From contig CAWCKW010000012.1 of assembly GCA_963796285.1 (NCBI GenBank), positions 448,001 to 512,000 of the forward strand: DNA of 64,000 nt. Reading direction: 5' to 3'. This DNA is from Nitrospirota bacterium. GTDB lineage: Bacteria > Nitrospirota > UBA9217. Below the pieces are notes generated by a model that saw only the letters and a program-made list of their open reading frames with translations, was not told the DNA's origin and ran no database searches. Position numbers and translations under genes: made by a program. Position 1 is the first letter of the stretch. Each line of letters opens with the position of its first letter. Below are positions 9,668 through 22,458 of this stretch, in pieces.

Positions 9668-10753
9668 GTGGTGACGTTCAAAAGATCACCAAGAACCCAC
9701 GGTGGGAATATCTACGCAGCGGCGAAGCGCTATGGCCTCAAAGAAAAGAAGATCATTGATTTCAGCTCGAATGTGAATCCCTTGGGACCGTCATCCGTGG
9801 CAATACACGCGGCGAAAAAAGCCCTCTCGTACATCGACCGCTATCCCGACCCGGACATGCGCGAGCTGCGCACGGCGATCGCACGGTATTTCGGCATCAA
9901 GCCGGGGCACGTTATGTGCGGCAACGGATCGAATGGCATCATTCATCTCATCCCTCGCGTATTCAGGCCGAAAAAGGTATTGATCCCATTCCCGACCTTT
10001 TCGGAATACACTGCCGCAGTGCGAGACGCCGGTGGCGAGGTTGTGCCATTCCCTCTTTTGGAGCGGGCAGGTTTCCGGATAGACCCGCTTGAGATATCGT
10101 TTGCACTGAAAGACGTGGACATGGCATTCCTCTGCAATCCCAACAATCCAACCGGTCAGATTATTCCCAAAGCGGAGATGCTCGAGATCGTACAGTATGC
10201 TCGTGAGCACGGGGTGGGACTGGTAGTAGACGAAGCATTCATGGACTTTATGGAATCCGAATCGATCATCAAAGAAGCGGTGGAATCGTCCCACCTGATC
10301 TGTCTGAGGGCCTTCACCAAGTTATTCGGCATGCCGGGGCTCCGGATCGGGTACGCCGTGTCCGATGAGAGGACCATTGCTGCTCTGCGTGAGGGGCAGG
10401 AACCGTGGACAGTAAGCATTCCCGCCGAGCAGGCTGCGATCGCGGTCTTAGGTCATTGGTCCTATATCAGCAAAACCCGCCGGTTGATAGAAAAAGAGCG
10501 CAGCCGTCTTCTTTCAGCCCTCAGGATCCTGCCCGGCGTAGAGACATTTCCCTGCTCCGCGAATTTTATCTTCATCAAACTCACCTCCATGGATGTCCCG
10601 ATGTTTGTCGACAAACTCGGTGAACGCGGGATGCTGGTTCGAGACTGCTCTTCCTTTGCCGGGCTTGATAAAAGCTATATCAGGATCGCGGTACGGACAG
10701 GCCGGGAGAATAAGCGATTGATCAAAGCGTTCAGAGAGTTGCTGGTGCGGTAA
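9668..10753 (+). CDS. cobD: Threonine-phosphate decarboxylase CobD / HisC-like PLP enzyme
   Basis: HGGNIY, DFSSNVNPLGP, YPDP, LCNPNNPTG, VDEAFMDF, FTKLFGMPGLRIGY. Confidence 0.82.
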   Translation: MVTFKRSPRTHGGNIYAAAKRYGLKEKKIIDFSSNVNPLGPSSVAIHAAKKALSYIDRYPDPDMRELRTAIARYFGIKPGHVMCGNGSNGIIHLIPRVFRPKKVLIPFPTFSEYTAAVRDAGGEVVPFPLLERAGFRIDPLEISFALKDVDMAFLCNPNNPTGQIIPKAEMLEIVQYAREHGVGLVVDEAFMDFMESESIIKEAVESSHLICLRAFTKLFGMPGLRIGYAVSDERTIAALREGQEPWTVSIPAEQAAIAVLGHWSYISKTRRLIEKERSRLLSALRILPGVETFPCSANFIFIKLTSMDVPMFVDKLGERGMLVRDCSSFAGLDKSYIRIAVRTGRENKRLIKAFRELLVR

Positions 10754-11033
10754 CCTTCCCCCTCTGTACAGTGCAACCCGATACTATCGAAAAAAACCTG
10801 CCACTAGGCACGGCGTACGTTAACTGTTAAAATCCAAATTTAAAACAAGTTCAGAAGATGAAAATTAAAATTGTTAAAATATTGGTGCTTGGTTTATTGA
10901 TTTGAATCTTGACGTCGACATTAGAAATAACAATCTTCATGACAATGGGACTGTAGTTCAAGCAGGTTTTCCACGAGTCTATCAAACAGAGGAATTGACA
11001 CTATTTGTCGTACACCCGCAATCCGATATTTTC

Positions 11034-11061
11034 TTGACAACACAATGGGTTTTTGTATAAT
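11034..11061 (+). promoter_or_regulatory. Sigma-70 promoter of glyQS
   Basis: TTGACA-16 bp-TATAAT about 50 nt upstream of glyQ. Confidence 0.75.
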
Positions 11062-11110
11062 AGCACTCTATTTTCCTATCTTTCCGAGTTTTTCCGTGCA
11101 GGGGTAATCC

Positions 11111-11981
11111 TTGACATTTCAGGACCTTATTCTTACATTACAGAACTACTGGGCCTCTAAAGGCTGTGTCCTTCATCAGCCGTATGACACCGAGGTCGGC
11201 GCAGGGACGTTTCATCCCGCTACGTTTCTCCGCGTTCTGGGCCCTGAACCGTGGAAAGCTGCTTATGTCCAGCCTTCGCGCAGACCCACAGACGGGCGCT
11301 ATGGCGAGAACCCCAACCGATTGCAGCACTATTACCAGTTCCAGGTGATCCTGAAGCCCCATCCGGAAAATGTCCAGGAACTCTATCTCGAGAGCCTCGT
11401 TCAGCTCGGCATTAACCCCCTGAAGCACGATATTCGTTTTGTCGAGGATGATTGGGAGTCGCCCACGCTCGGGGCTTGGGGCCTCGGGTGGGAGATCTGG
11501 CTGAACGGCATGGAGATCACCCAGTTCACCTATTTCCAGCAGGTTGGCGGCATTGATCTTAAGCCCGTTTCCGCCGAGCTTACCTATGGAGTGGAGCGGC
11601 TTGCCATGTATCTCCAGGGCGTGAACAATGTGTATGACCTCGTGTGGACCAAGGGCGTGAAGTACGGCGATATCCACCATGACACGGAAGTTCAGTTCTC
11701 GAAATATAACTTCGAGCTTTCCGACCGGGAGATGCTTTTCCGGCAGTTCGAATCGTATGAGCGGGAAAGCGAGAAGCTTATCAAGGCAGGGGTCGTGTTC
11801 CCGGCCTACGACTACTGTCTCAAGTGCTCGCACACCTTCAACCTGCTCGATGCCGCCGGCGCGATCAGCGTGACCGAGACGGACGGGCTACATCGGGCGC
11901 GTGCGGAAGCTTGCGCGCCTGTGCGCCCACGCGTACCTGGCGGACCGGGTGGCGAAAGACTTCCCGATGTTGAAGAAATAG
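11111..11981 (+). CDS. glyQ: Glycine-tRNA ligase alpha subunit (one extra base near 11879, probable sequencing error)
   Basis: [37 protein letters not shown]; after AISVTE the shifted frame gives [13 protein letters not shown]...FPMLKK* (TAG 11979-11981). Confidence 0.93.
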
Positions 11982-12017
11982 GGTTAGGGTTCAGGGATCG
12001 AGGCAAAGCGACAACCG

Positions 12018-12111
12018 TTTCGCGCAAAGACGCAGAGGACGCAAAGGGAGACAATTCAGAAGTTAATTCAGTTCAAGTTTTTCTTTGCGCTTTGCGGCTT
12101 AGCGCGAGAAA
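12018..12111. repeat. Intergenic inverted repeat, CGCAAAGACGCAGAG type
   Basis: TTTCGCGCAAAGACGCAGAGGACGCAAAG ... CTTTGCGCTTTGCGGCTTAGCGCGAGAA; related degenerate element at about 34335-34425. Confidence 0.65.
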
Positions 12112-12130
12112 AGTTATTTTGGAGTTTTCT

Positions 12131-14197
12131 TTGGCAAAAGAATTCCTATTAGAGATCGGCACCGAAGAGATACCGTCCCGCTTCATCAACCCGGCGCTCG
12201 AGAAGATGAAGGAACTGTTCGCAGGGCTTCTTGCCGCGGGGCGCGTCGTATCGCGTGGCGACATGAAGGTCTACGGTACGCCGCGGCGGCTTGTTTTATA
12301 CATTCCCGAAATGGACGAGCGCCAGGCGGACATTTCGAAAGAAGTGACCGGTCCTCCGAAAAAAATCGCCTTTGACGCTGAAGGCAAACCCACGAAAGCG
12401 GCGACGGTGTTCGCAGAGAAGAACGGCATCCCGGTGAGCGCGCTCGCGTTCAAGACAACGGACAAGGGCGAGTACGTGGTCGCGCGCATCGATGAAAAGG
12501 GCGGGGACACGGCGGAGTGGCTCAAACAGGTGCTGCCTGGGTTCATCCTTTCCATCCCTTTTCCGAAGACCATGCGCTGGATGGACAAGGACATCCGGTT
12601 CGCCCGGCCCATCCACTGGGTGCTCGCCCTGTGGGGCGGTTCTGTAGTAGAGTTCGAGCTGGGCGGCATCAGGAGCGGCAGTCTCTCCCGCGGCCACCGG
12701 TTCATGAGTCCCGGCGCGTTCCTGGTCAAGGATTTCAAATCCTACCTGTCGCAGGCTGAGCCGAATTACGTCGTGCTCGACCCGGAGGTGCGGAAACAAC
12801 GGATCATAACACAGATAGAGGAACTCGCGAGATCACAGGGAGGCGCAGTGCTCGACGACCCTGGCCTCGTGGAAGAGGTGGCAAATCTCGTGGAGTTTCC
12901 GGTAGCGGTCATGGGCACGTTCAACAAGGATTACCTTCGGGTGCCGAAAGAGGTCCTGATCATGGCCATGCGTGAGCACCAGCGGTATTTCAGCGTCGTG
13001 GGATATGACGGCAACCTGCTCCCGTACTTTATCACGATCAGCAATACGCGGGCCGAGGACATGGAGATCGTCCGTGCCGGGAATGAGCGCGTGCTCGCGG
13101 CCCGCCTTTCGGATGCGGCCTATTTCTTCGATCACGATTTAAAACAGCCGCTTGCTGCCCGGGTTGAAGGGCTCAAAAAGGTCATGTATCAGGAGAAGCT
13201 CGGCACGACCTTCGACAAGACCATTCGCGTAAAGGCGCTTGCAGCGTATCTTGCGGGGCTGTTCAGTTCGGACATCCGTGTGGCCGAGCGGGCCTCCGAA
13301 TTGTGCAAGGCCGATCTGCTTACGGGCGTGGTGGGGGAATTCCCAAAACTCCAGGGTGTGATGGGCAGGCACTATGCCCTCATCTCCGGAGAAGATCCGA
13401 GAGTGGCCGATGCGATCCTTGAACATTACCTTCCTCGTTTCGCGGGAGATAAACTGCCCGGGACCCTTGAAGGCGTGTGCGTCGGGATCGCGGACCGGAT
13501 CGACACGATCACGGGGTGTTTCTCCGTTGGCCTGATTCCGAGCGGCTCCGAAGACCCCTATGGCCTCCGGAGGCAGTCCGTTGCCATCCTGAACATGCTG
13601 CTAGATCGAGGCCTGAGACTCTCGCTTGCAGATCTGATCGCCGAGGCATGCAAGGGGTTTGCTACCCGGAACAAGCTCAAAGAAGACACGCTGGATTTCT
13701 TCCGGCAGCGGCTTGCGGGCATCCTCGCCGCAGAAGGCATCCGCTCCGATGTGGTGGATGCCGCGCTGTCCGTCGGGTTCGACGACCCTCTTATCGGGCG
13801 CGAGAAGGTGCGGGCACTCGACGGCCTCCGGATATCGGAGGATTACCAACCGCTGGTAACGGCCCTTAAGCGCGCAGGCAACATTCTGCCGAAGGACTTT
13901 GCTGGCGCGGTCAAGAAGAGCGCCCTGATACTGGACGCAGAGAAGGCGCTCAACGAGGCGTTCACGGAGATCAGGGACCGGGTGAAGGACAAGACGGCGA
14001 AGCTCGATTTCCGGGGGGCGCTCGCAGATATTGCCTCGCTCAGGAAGCCGGTTGACGCCTTCTTCGATACGGTCATGGTCATGGACAAGGACGCAGAGGT
14101 GAAGGCGAACCGTATGGCGCTTCTCGCCGGCGTGACAGGGCTTTTCGCCGGGATCGCGGATTTTTCGCGCCTCGTGCTTGGCGCTGAAGAGAAGTAG
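12131..14197 (+). CDS. glyS: Glycine-tRNA ligase beta subunit
   Basis: TTG start after GGAG; [25 protein letters not shown]...[35 protein letters not shown]-terminus. Confidence 0.95.
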   Translation: MAKEFLLEIGTEEIPSRFINPALEKMKELFAGLLAAGRVVSRGDMKVYGTPRRLVLYIPEMDERQADISKEVTGPPKKIAFDAEGKPTKAATVFAEKNGIPVSALAFKTTDKGEYVVARIDEKGGDTAEWLKQVLPGFILSIPFPKTMRWMDKDIRFARPIHWVLALWGGSVVEFELGGIRSGSLSRGHRFMSPGAFLVKDFKSYLSQAEPNYVVLDPEVRKQRIITQIEELARSQGGAVLDDPGLVEEVANLVEFPVAVMGTFNKDYLRVPKEVLIMAMREHQRYFSVVGYDGNLLPYFITISNTRAEDMEIVRAGNERVLAARLSDAAYFFDHDLKQPLAARVEGLKKVMYQEKLGTTFDKTIRVKALAAYLAGLFSSDIRVAERASELCKADLLTGVVGEFPKLQGVMGRHYALISGEDPRVADAILEHYLPRFAGDKLPGTLEGVCVGIADRIDTITGCFSVGLIPSGSEDPYGLRRQSVAILNMLLDRGLRLSLADLIAEACKGFATRNKLKEDTLDFFRQRLAGILAAEGIRSDVVDAALSVGFDDPLIGREKVRALDGLRISEDYQPLVTALKRAGNILPKDFAGAVKKSALILDAEKALNEAFTEIRDRVKDKTAKLDFRGALADIASLRKPVDAFFDTVMVMDKDAEVKANRMALLAGVTGLFAGIADFSRLVLGAEEK

Positions 14198-14263
14198 CAG
14201 GGGTCAGGAGTGAGGGGTCAGGACATTAATACTGACTCCTGACTTCTGGCTTCTGCATTCTGA
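14198..14263. repeat. Heptamer-periodic inverted repeat
   Basis: CAGGGGT CAGGAGT GAGGGGT CAGGA ... CTGACTC CTGACTT CTGGCTT CTGCATT CTGA, starting right after the glyS stop. Confidence 0.8.
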
Positions 14264-14289
14264 TAAATCATATCCAGGAGGATAGTTCT

Positions 14290-16971
<2,682 letters not shown>

Positions 16972-16988
16972 AATTTGTCTGATATCTG

Positions 16989-17019
16989 ACAAGGGCGGCG
17001 AATGCCGCCCTTGTTTTTT
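16989..17019 (+). terminator. Rho-independent terminator after ppdK
   Basis: ACAAGGGCGGC-GAAT-GCCGCCCTTGT followed by a T-run. Confidence 0.88.
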
Positions 17020-17084
17020 ATTGGACAGGATGTGTACGAAGTGGTGGTATTACTCTTAGCCGTTTGTTTATGATACGAAGGCAC

Positions 17085-18191
17085 ATGAACACTCTAGATG
17101 AAAAATACATGCGCATGGCGCTTCGCCTTGCTGAGAAAGCCGCAGGCCGTACGAACCCAAATCCCATGGTGGGGGCCGTGGTGGTGATGAGCGGCAAGGT
17201 CATCAGTCGCGGCTATCACCGGAAGGCGGGGGAACCACATGCCGAGGCGATCGCGCTCAAGAAAGCGGGCAAGGCGGCCAAAGGCGCGACGCTTTATGTG
17301 ACGCTTGAGCCATGCTCGCATACGGACAAACGAACACCACCATGCACACCGCTCGTTCTGCAAAGCGGCGTCAAGCGGGTCGTGGTGGCCATGATCGACC
17401 CGAACCCGCTTGTCTCCGGCAGAGGCATCAGGACCCTGAGGAAGTCAGGTATTGAAGTGGTTACCGGAGTGCTCGAAGCGGACGCGAAAAAGCTGAACGA
17501 GGCGTTCATAAAATACATCACCACCGGCATGCCCTTTGTTACTCTCAAGATCGCCCAGACCCTCGATGGGAGGATCGCGACCGCTGCCGGTGAATCGAAA
17601 TGGATAACCGGCGAAAAGGCGCGGGAAGAAGGGCACAGGCTCCGCGATATCAACGATGCGATCCTCGTAGGGATCAATACGGTCTTGAAAGATGATCCTT
17701 CTCTTACAGCGAGGATTCCTGGAGGCCGCGATCCCATCCGCGTCATTGTTGATACCAAACTCAGGACCCCGCTGAACGCGAAGGTCATTACTCAGAAATC
17801 ATCGGCAAAAACCCTCATCGCCACGCTCGAAACCATGCCAAAAGACAATCTCGTCAAGCTTTTGGACACGGGCGCGGAAATACTGTTAGCTAAGGGAAGG
17901 AACGGGCAGGTAGACCTGAAATATCTCATGAAAATGCTCGGCAGCTTCGGGATCACCTCCGTGCTCATCGAGGGCGGTGCTGAAGTGAATGCATCGGCGC
18001 TGAAGTCAGGCATCGTTGACAAGGTCGTCCTGTTCGTTGCGCCGATGCTGATGACGGGCAGAGATTCACTCTGTTCCATCGGCGGTGCGTCGCCGATGAA
18101 GCTTGCTCAGTCCATAGGCCTTTCTGATATGCAAGCGCGAATAATCGGACAGGATCTGATGATAGAAGGGTATGTTAAAAAGACGCGTTAG
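17085..18191 (+). CDS. ribD: Riboflavin biosynthesis deaminase/reductase
   Basis: PNPMVGAVVV, HAE, LEPCSH...TPPC, LKIAQTLDGRIA, SKWIT, LIEGGAEV. Confidence 0.96.
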   Translation: MNTLDEKYMRMALRLAEKAAGRTNPNPMVGAVVVMSGKVISRGYHRKAGEPHAEAIALKKAGKAAKGATLYVTLEPCSHTDKRTPPCTPLVLQSGVKRVVVAMIDPNPLVSGRGIRTLRKSGIEVVTGVLEADAKKLNEAFIKYITTGMPFVTLKIAQTLDGRIATAAGESKWITGEKAREEGHRLRDINDAILVGINTVLKDDPSLTARIPGGRDPIRVIVDTKLRTPLNAKVITQKSSAKTLIATLETMPKDNLVKLLDTGAEILLAKGRNGQVDLKYLMKMLGSFGITSVLIEGGAEVNASALKSGIVDKVVLFVAPMLMTGRDSLCSIGGASPMKLAQSIGLSDMQARIIGQDLMIEGYVKKTR

Positions 18192-18246
18192 CTTGGATTG
18201 GTTTCTTGCCGACGTGCCTTGACATGTGCATAGAGCAAATAGAGCG

Positions 18247-18789
18247 TTATCCAGCAAGTACAATAACGATGTCCCAGTATTCAATTCTCGTCATATCCTT
18301 CCGGAAGGACACCATGCTATTCTCTCCAGCATAACCAATCCCAATCATTATTGAAATTGCGGCCAGCGCTGAGACTGCATCGGTCAGGAGAAACTTCAGC
18401 AGCCGTATTTTCAAGATCCCTGCCACGAGAATTATCTGGACCCGGAGACCGATCAAGAGTCGTCCGAACAGAACATAGAAAACGCCCCTGAGTTTGAACC
18501 GGGCCTCGGGTTTTGTCAGTTTATCTAGAGATAAAAAACAATGGAACTGGTGACGGACCACGATCTGTTTCGTCTTTATTTGCTGCCGAGATGATAGATA
18601 TGGTATCTGCGACCAACAGCCCGTATACGAGCATACGACAGCTGCGGAGGGAATGTATGACTTTCTGGGCGATCAGGAGCTTGCACAGCATAAGGGTGGC
18701 GCCTTCAGCAAAGGGAAGGCCGATCCGGCTGAGGAGGAGCAGGCGGAAGCGTCCAATGTACGGATAAGCTCTGTGAATTGTGAAACATT
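18247..18789 (-). pseudogene. Degenerate DedA/VTT-family membrane protein
   Basis: Fragments in different frames: YPYIGRFRLLLLSRIGLPFAEGATLML... and ...VLFGRLLIGLRVQIILVAGILKI...KFLLTD; both substitutions and frameshifts degrade the consensus. Confidence 0.6.
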
Positions 18790-18817
18790 TGCCAGGGTAT
18801 TATCTTCTATCAATAAG

Positions 18818-19216
18818 TTAAAGGCTGTGGACGAGGTATAAAACCAGAAAAAAACCGACCGCTATGATCGATATGGCAAGGAGCACGCTCAAGATAGCTG
18901 ACGGTTGATATGAGTCATCATCAATCTGGCGTTCGACCTTCTTGTATCTGATGAACGCCAGCACGCTCATCACCATGCCGAGTCCGACAAGGATGATTCC
19001 GATCATCGAAGAATATCCCTGGGGCGGGGGAACAGTCTCTTTCCCCAGGTAATAGGCCATCTGTTTCACGAACAGGGAGAACTTCTCAACCACGAATCCG
19101 AAGGCCATGATCGAAATGCTCGTCCGTATCCAGGCAAGGAATGTCCGTTCGTTCGCCATGTGAACACGACGGTTGCGGACCGGTGCAGGACGCATATCTG
19201 TGCTCATGTCCATCAT
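18818..19216 (-). CDS. YidH / DUF202 inner membrane protein
   Basis: HMANERTFLAWIRTSISIMAFGFVVEKF signature; three hydrophobic segments. Confidence 0.9.
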   Translation of the reverse strand: MMDMSTDMRPAPVRNRRVHMANERTFLAWIRTSISIMAFGFVVEKFSLFVKQMAYYLGKETVPPPQGYSSMIGIILVGLGMVMSVLAFIRYKKVERQIDDDSYQPSAILSVLLAISIIAVGFFLVLYLVHSL

Positions 19217-19220
19217 CCCT

Positions 19221-19808
19221 TCACCCCTCAATGAATTTGAATATCCCGCTCCTGATCATCTTTACGGCGATGGCCGCCAACAGCAGGGCCGCAACCTTGG
19301 CAAAGGCGCGCGAACCATTGATGCCGACAATCTTGATGATGCGGTCTGCCTGAGCGAAGATAAGCCAGGCGAACAGGATGTTCACGACGAGTGACAGGAT
19401 AACCGGAATATACCCGTAATTGCCGACCAGGATGAGGGTAGTGGCGAGCGTTGCAGGTCCGGCGATGAGCGGTGTGCCGAAGGGAACAACGCCGAAGGTA
19501 GGGCTGACCGGGTATTTCTTTTCCCCGGCGCGAACGATGTCGAGGATCGCGATGATCATCAGCACGATCCCGCCGGCGATCATGAAGTCCTCCACCGTGA
19601 TGGCGAGGGCGGTGAACACGGCCCTGCCCAGAAACGTGAAGCCGATGGTGATGAGAAAGGCCGTAAGGATGGACTGACGCACAATCTTCTGGCGCTCATG
19701 CTTCTTTAATCCCTCGGTCATAGCAATGTAGATCGGAAGTGTCCCTGGCGCGTCGAGTGCCACCATTATGGGAATGATGCTTAACAAAAAAGAATTGAGT
19801 ATGTCCAC
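19221..19808 (-). CDS. MarC-family membrane protein
   Basis: DAPGTLPIY, FMIAGGIVL, GVVPFGTPLIAGPA, AAIAVKMIRSG; likely GTG start at 19808 after GGGAG. Confidence 0.92.
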   Translation of the reverse strand: MDILNSFLLSIIPIMVALDAPGTLPIYIAMTEGLKKHERQKIVRQSILTAFLITIGFTFLGRAVFTALAITVEDFMIAGGIVLMIIAILDIVRAGEKKYPVSPTFGVVPFGTPLIAGPATLATTLILVGNYGYIPVILSLVVNILFAWLIFAQADRIIKIVGINGSRAFAKVAALLLAAIAVKMIRSGIFKFIEG

Positions 19809-20180
19809 ACTATCTCCCACAAAGAAGTATAGCTGATATCCCCTGGGCTGTCCAGCTCTTCGGCATATTTATTGGACACCGCAGTGCCGAACGATGGATG
19901 GTCATATAGTATTGTCTTAGCGAAATCGATAAGTAATTTGTGAAAAAAGAGGAAAGGAATAAATATCATAAAAAATGTGGGCACCGTTGCCCGGGTTGTC
20001 AGGACGGTCTTTGCGGTCGTTAATGCAATTCTCTATTTTGCCTCCATCCAATCGGTAGCCCGGCATTTATTATACGTGGCTTTTTCGTCATTATTACGTT
20101 TCTCAAGAGCATAGCGGCGGTCTGTCCTTTATATAAGCAGCTCGGAATGCCGATGATCGAGAAATAAAAGTGATGCATTG

Positions 20181-20216
20181 AAAAAAAAGGCCGCCCCTCA
20201 TATGAGGGGCGGCCTT
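20181..20216 (-). terminator. Rho-independent terminator of cytochrome operon 1
   Basis: AAGGCCGCCCCTCA-TA-TGAGGGGCGGCCTT followed by a T-run on the minus strand. Confidence 0.9.
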
Positions 20217-20247
20217 GCATCGTTCATTGATGGAATGTTCTACCGGT

Positions 20248-21999
20248 TTACCATGATCTTGCTGGAGTGTGATCCTCGCCATGACAGCTGAAGTTGCCGC
20301 ATTCCCCCAGAGCAGTCGCGGTTCCGGTGTAATTCAATGTACTTAATATCGTTTGATACGCGGAGCTCATTGTAGATGTGTTGAGATCGTTGAAATGAAC
20401 ACTGGCAAGTTTCGTCGTATCGTGGCATTCCGTACAGGCTGCGAAACCCACGTGCAATGAGTGCTCACCCGAGTGATAGCTGTTATACTGAGCCGTACCG
20501 GACGCGTGGCATGAGGTACACTGCGTATTAACATCAATAACGGTGCCCGAAAGCCAGCCCGGAGTTGTCTGGCCGCCGTGACAGCTGACATTCGTGCACG
20601 TATTATTCGTGGCATTATAGGAAGCAGCACCGGATTTCGCATTATACGTCGGATCGAGGATCACATCGACGACGCCGTTCTGGTGTAGCGCGGTTCCATC
20701 GCCCGCTCCTGTATGGCACGTGGCGCAGACGATGATCGTCGAAACCGCGACATGAGGCGCGTGCTGTCCGGCAACGTTCGGGGAAACGGCACCGTCGGGC
20801 GGGATCGCATGACAGGTTCCGCAGGTTGGCGTCGCATGGCAAAGCGTATTGTTGAAGCAACCCGGAGTCGTACCCGCTGGAACGGTTGCGTAGGAGGGTG
20901 GAGTTCTGTTGTTCAAATGGCAGAGCGCGCATACGGGGGCATTCCCCTGGTCCGTGGTTGTGTGAACATACGTATCGCCCGGCAGCCATGGGAAAGCGTG
21001 TGGAGGCGTACCGGTCGTGCCGGCTTGGTGACATGTAAAACATGACTGGTTCGCAGTTCCGCCGGTGAAGTCACTTCCGTGACAGGTCTGACAGTAGCTA
21101 AAGCCAGCCGTGGAGGTTGGCGCTGACTTCGCCGCTGCACCGTGTGAATTCGGGTTTGCCCAGCCTGCAGCGTGGCCTACAGCTCCATGGCAGAGTGTAT
21201 TGTTGAAGCAATCCGGAGTTGTGCCCGCTGGAACGGTTGCGTAGGAGGGTGGCGTTCTTCCGTTCAAATGGCAGAGCGCGCACACAGGGGCATTCCCCTG
21301 GTCCGTGGTCGTGTGGGTATATGTATCACCGGGCAGCCATGGGAAAGCATGGGGAGGCGTACCGGTCGTGCCTGCTTGGTGACATGTAAAACATGACTGG
21401 TTCGCAGTTCCGCCGGTGAAGTCATTTCCGTGACAGGTCTGACAGTAGCTAAAGCCAGCCGTGGAGGTTGGCGCTGACTTCGCACTTGCGCCGTGGGCAG
21501 AAGGAAGCTCCCATCCGGCCTGGTGACCTACGGTTGAGTGGCAGAGTGTATTGTTGAAGCATCCGGGCGCCGCCCCTGAATCAAAAGGCGAGGGCTGAAC
21601 AGAAGAGTTAGCGCCGTTCGTATGACACAATGCGCAGATCGGGGCATTGCTCTGGTCGGTATTCGTATGGGTCCGGGTCCCGCCTCTCCAGGGCTTCGGC
21701 GAGTGTGGTGCGCTGACAGAAGCGCCATGACAGCCTGCCGTGTTCAGGCAGGTCATGTTGGAGATACCCCCGTTGAATTTGTCGGCATGACATTCCTGAC
21801 AGACTGCAAAGCCCGTCGTTGAACCAGCCGCAGACTTTGCGGCTGCTCCGTGTGAATCAGGTGATTCCCAGCCTGCATCGTGTTTTCCCGTGTCCGAATT
21901 GATCAGGGACTTGGGCGTGCGTGCATCGCTGCATCCAAGGGAAAGGATAAGCATCGCACTGCTCAGGACTACTCCAGCTTTTACGATTATTTGTGACAT
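20248..21999 (-). CDS. Multiheme c-type cytochrome lipoprotein (Geobacter CxxxxCH/CxxCH type, ExtD/ExtG-like), up to 18 hemes
   Basis: Lipobox LSLGC; counted 12 CxxCH, 2 CX4CH and 4 CX5CH motifs; internal 117-aa repeats. Confidence 0.9.
   Translation of the reverse strand: MSQIIVKAGVVLSSAMLILSLGCSDARTPKSLINSDTGKHDAGWESPDSHGAAAKSAAGSTTGFAVCQECHADKFNGGISNMTCLNTAGCHGASVSAPHSPKPWRGGTRTHTNTDQSNAPICALCHTNGANSSVQPSPFDSGAAPGCFNNTLCHSTVGHQAGWELPSAHGASAKSAPTSTAGFSYCQTCHGNDFTGGTANQSCFTCHQAGTTGTPPHAFPWLPGDTYTHTTTDQGNAPVCALCHLNGRTPPSYATVPAGTTPDCFNNTLCHGAVGHAAGWANPNSHGAAAKSAPTSTAGFSYCQTCHGSDFTGGTANQSCFTCHQAGTTGTPPHAFPWLPGDTYVHTTTDQGNAPVCALCHLNNRTPPSYATVPAGTTPGCFNNTLCHATPTCGTCHAIPPDGAVSPNVAGQHAPHVAVSTIIVCATCHTGAGDGTALHQNGVVDVILDPTYNAKSGAASYNATNNTCTNVSCHGGQTTPGWLSGTVIDVNTQCTSCHASGTAQYNSYHSGEHSLHVGFAACTECHDTTKLASVHFNDLNTSTMSSAYQTILSTLNYTGTATALGECGNFSCHGEDHTPARSW
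20839..21540 (-). repeat. 351-nt in-frame tandem repeat encoding a four-heme module
   Basis: GCA(A/G)AG(C/T)GTATTGTTGAAGCA recurs at 20839, 21190 and 21541; two near-identical units plus a diverged third. Confidence 0.92.
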
Positions 22000-22427
22000 T
22001 CTCTGCACCTCTCATTATTCTGACGGCCATGGCAGGGGACACAGGATGCCGGATTGATCTTGCCGTCGATTTTATGCTGATTCAAATAATCTCCCCGATG
22101 CGGTAAGGTCCGTTCCGGGGCATCGGGATACTTGTCGCTGGGTTTGATCTCTTCTTTGTTCGCGTGGCAGTCGGAACAGAAGGATTCCGCATGGCAGACG
22201 TCACAGGTCAGTTTTTGCTGCGCAGCGTAGAACTTGTGTTTTTTGATCCAATCCGACCGGTGGTCCAGTGATGCTCTCCAATCTGTATGACACTCGCTGC
22301 ACTGGGGCATGCCCTGGACCTCCAGTGGGTGTTTTCCTGCAGTGCTTTGGTGAACAGCACAGGAAAACAACAGTGTGCCGGACACCGCCAGAATTCCAAG
22401 GATGAAGGTTTTTATCTTCGTAGTCAT
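21987..22427 (-). CDS. Pentaheme c-type cytochrome lipoprotein (ExtC/ExtF-like)
   Basis: Lipobox LFSC; CSECH, CDVCH, CSDCH, CVPCH, CRECH. Confidence 0.9.
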   Translation of the reverse strand: MTTKIKTFILGILAVSGTLLFSCAVHQSTAGKHPLEVQGMPQCSECHTDWRASLDHRSDWIKKHKFYAAQQKLTCDVCHAESFCSDCHANKEEIKPSDKYPDAPERTLPHRGDYLNQHKIDGKINPASCVPCHGRQNNERCRECHK

Positions 22428-22458
22428 TTATGATATCTCCTGAGGGGATGGTGTTCTG

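Noticed and set aside
10760-11110. T-box leader for glyQS
   Set aside because: The promoter lies about 50 nt from the start and no T-box bulge motif or antiterminator is visible.
11111-14197. 1028-aa GlyQ-GlyS fusion in the ORF track
   Set aside because: It arises from one extra base near 11879. The true GlyQ C-terminus and stop (11981) are in the adjacent frame, glyS has its own RBS and TTG at 12131, and the apparent linker is a translated intergenic repeat.
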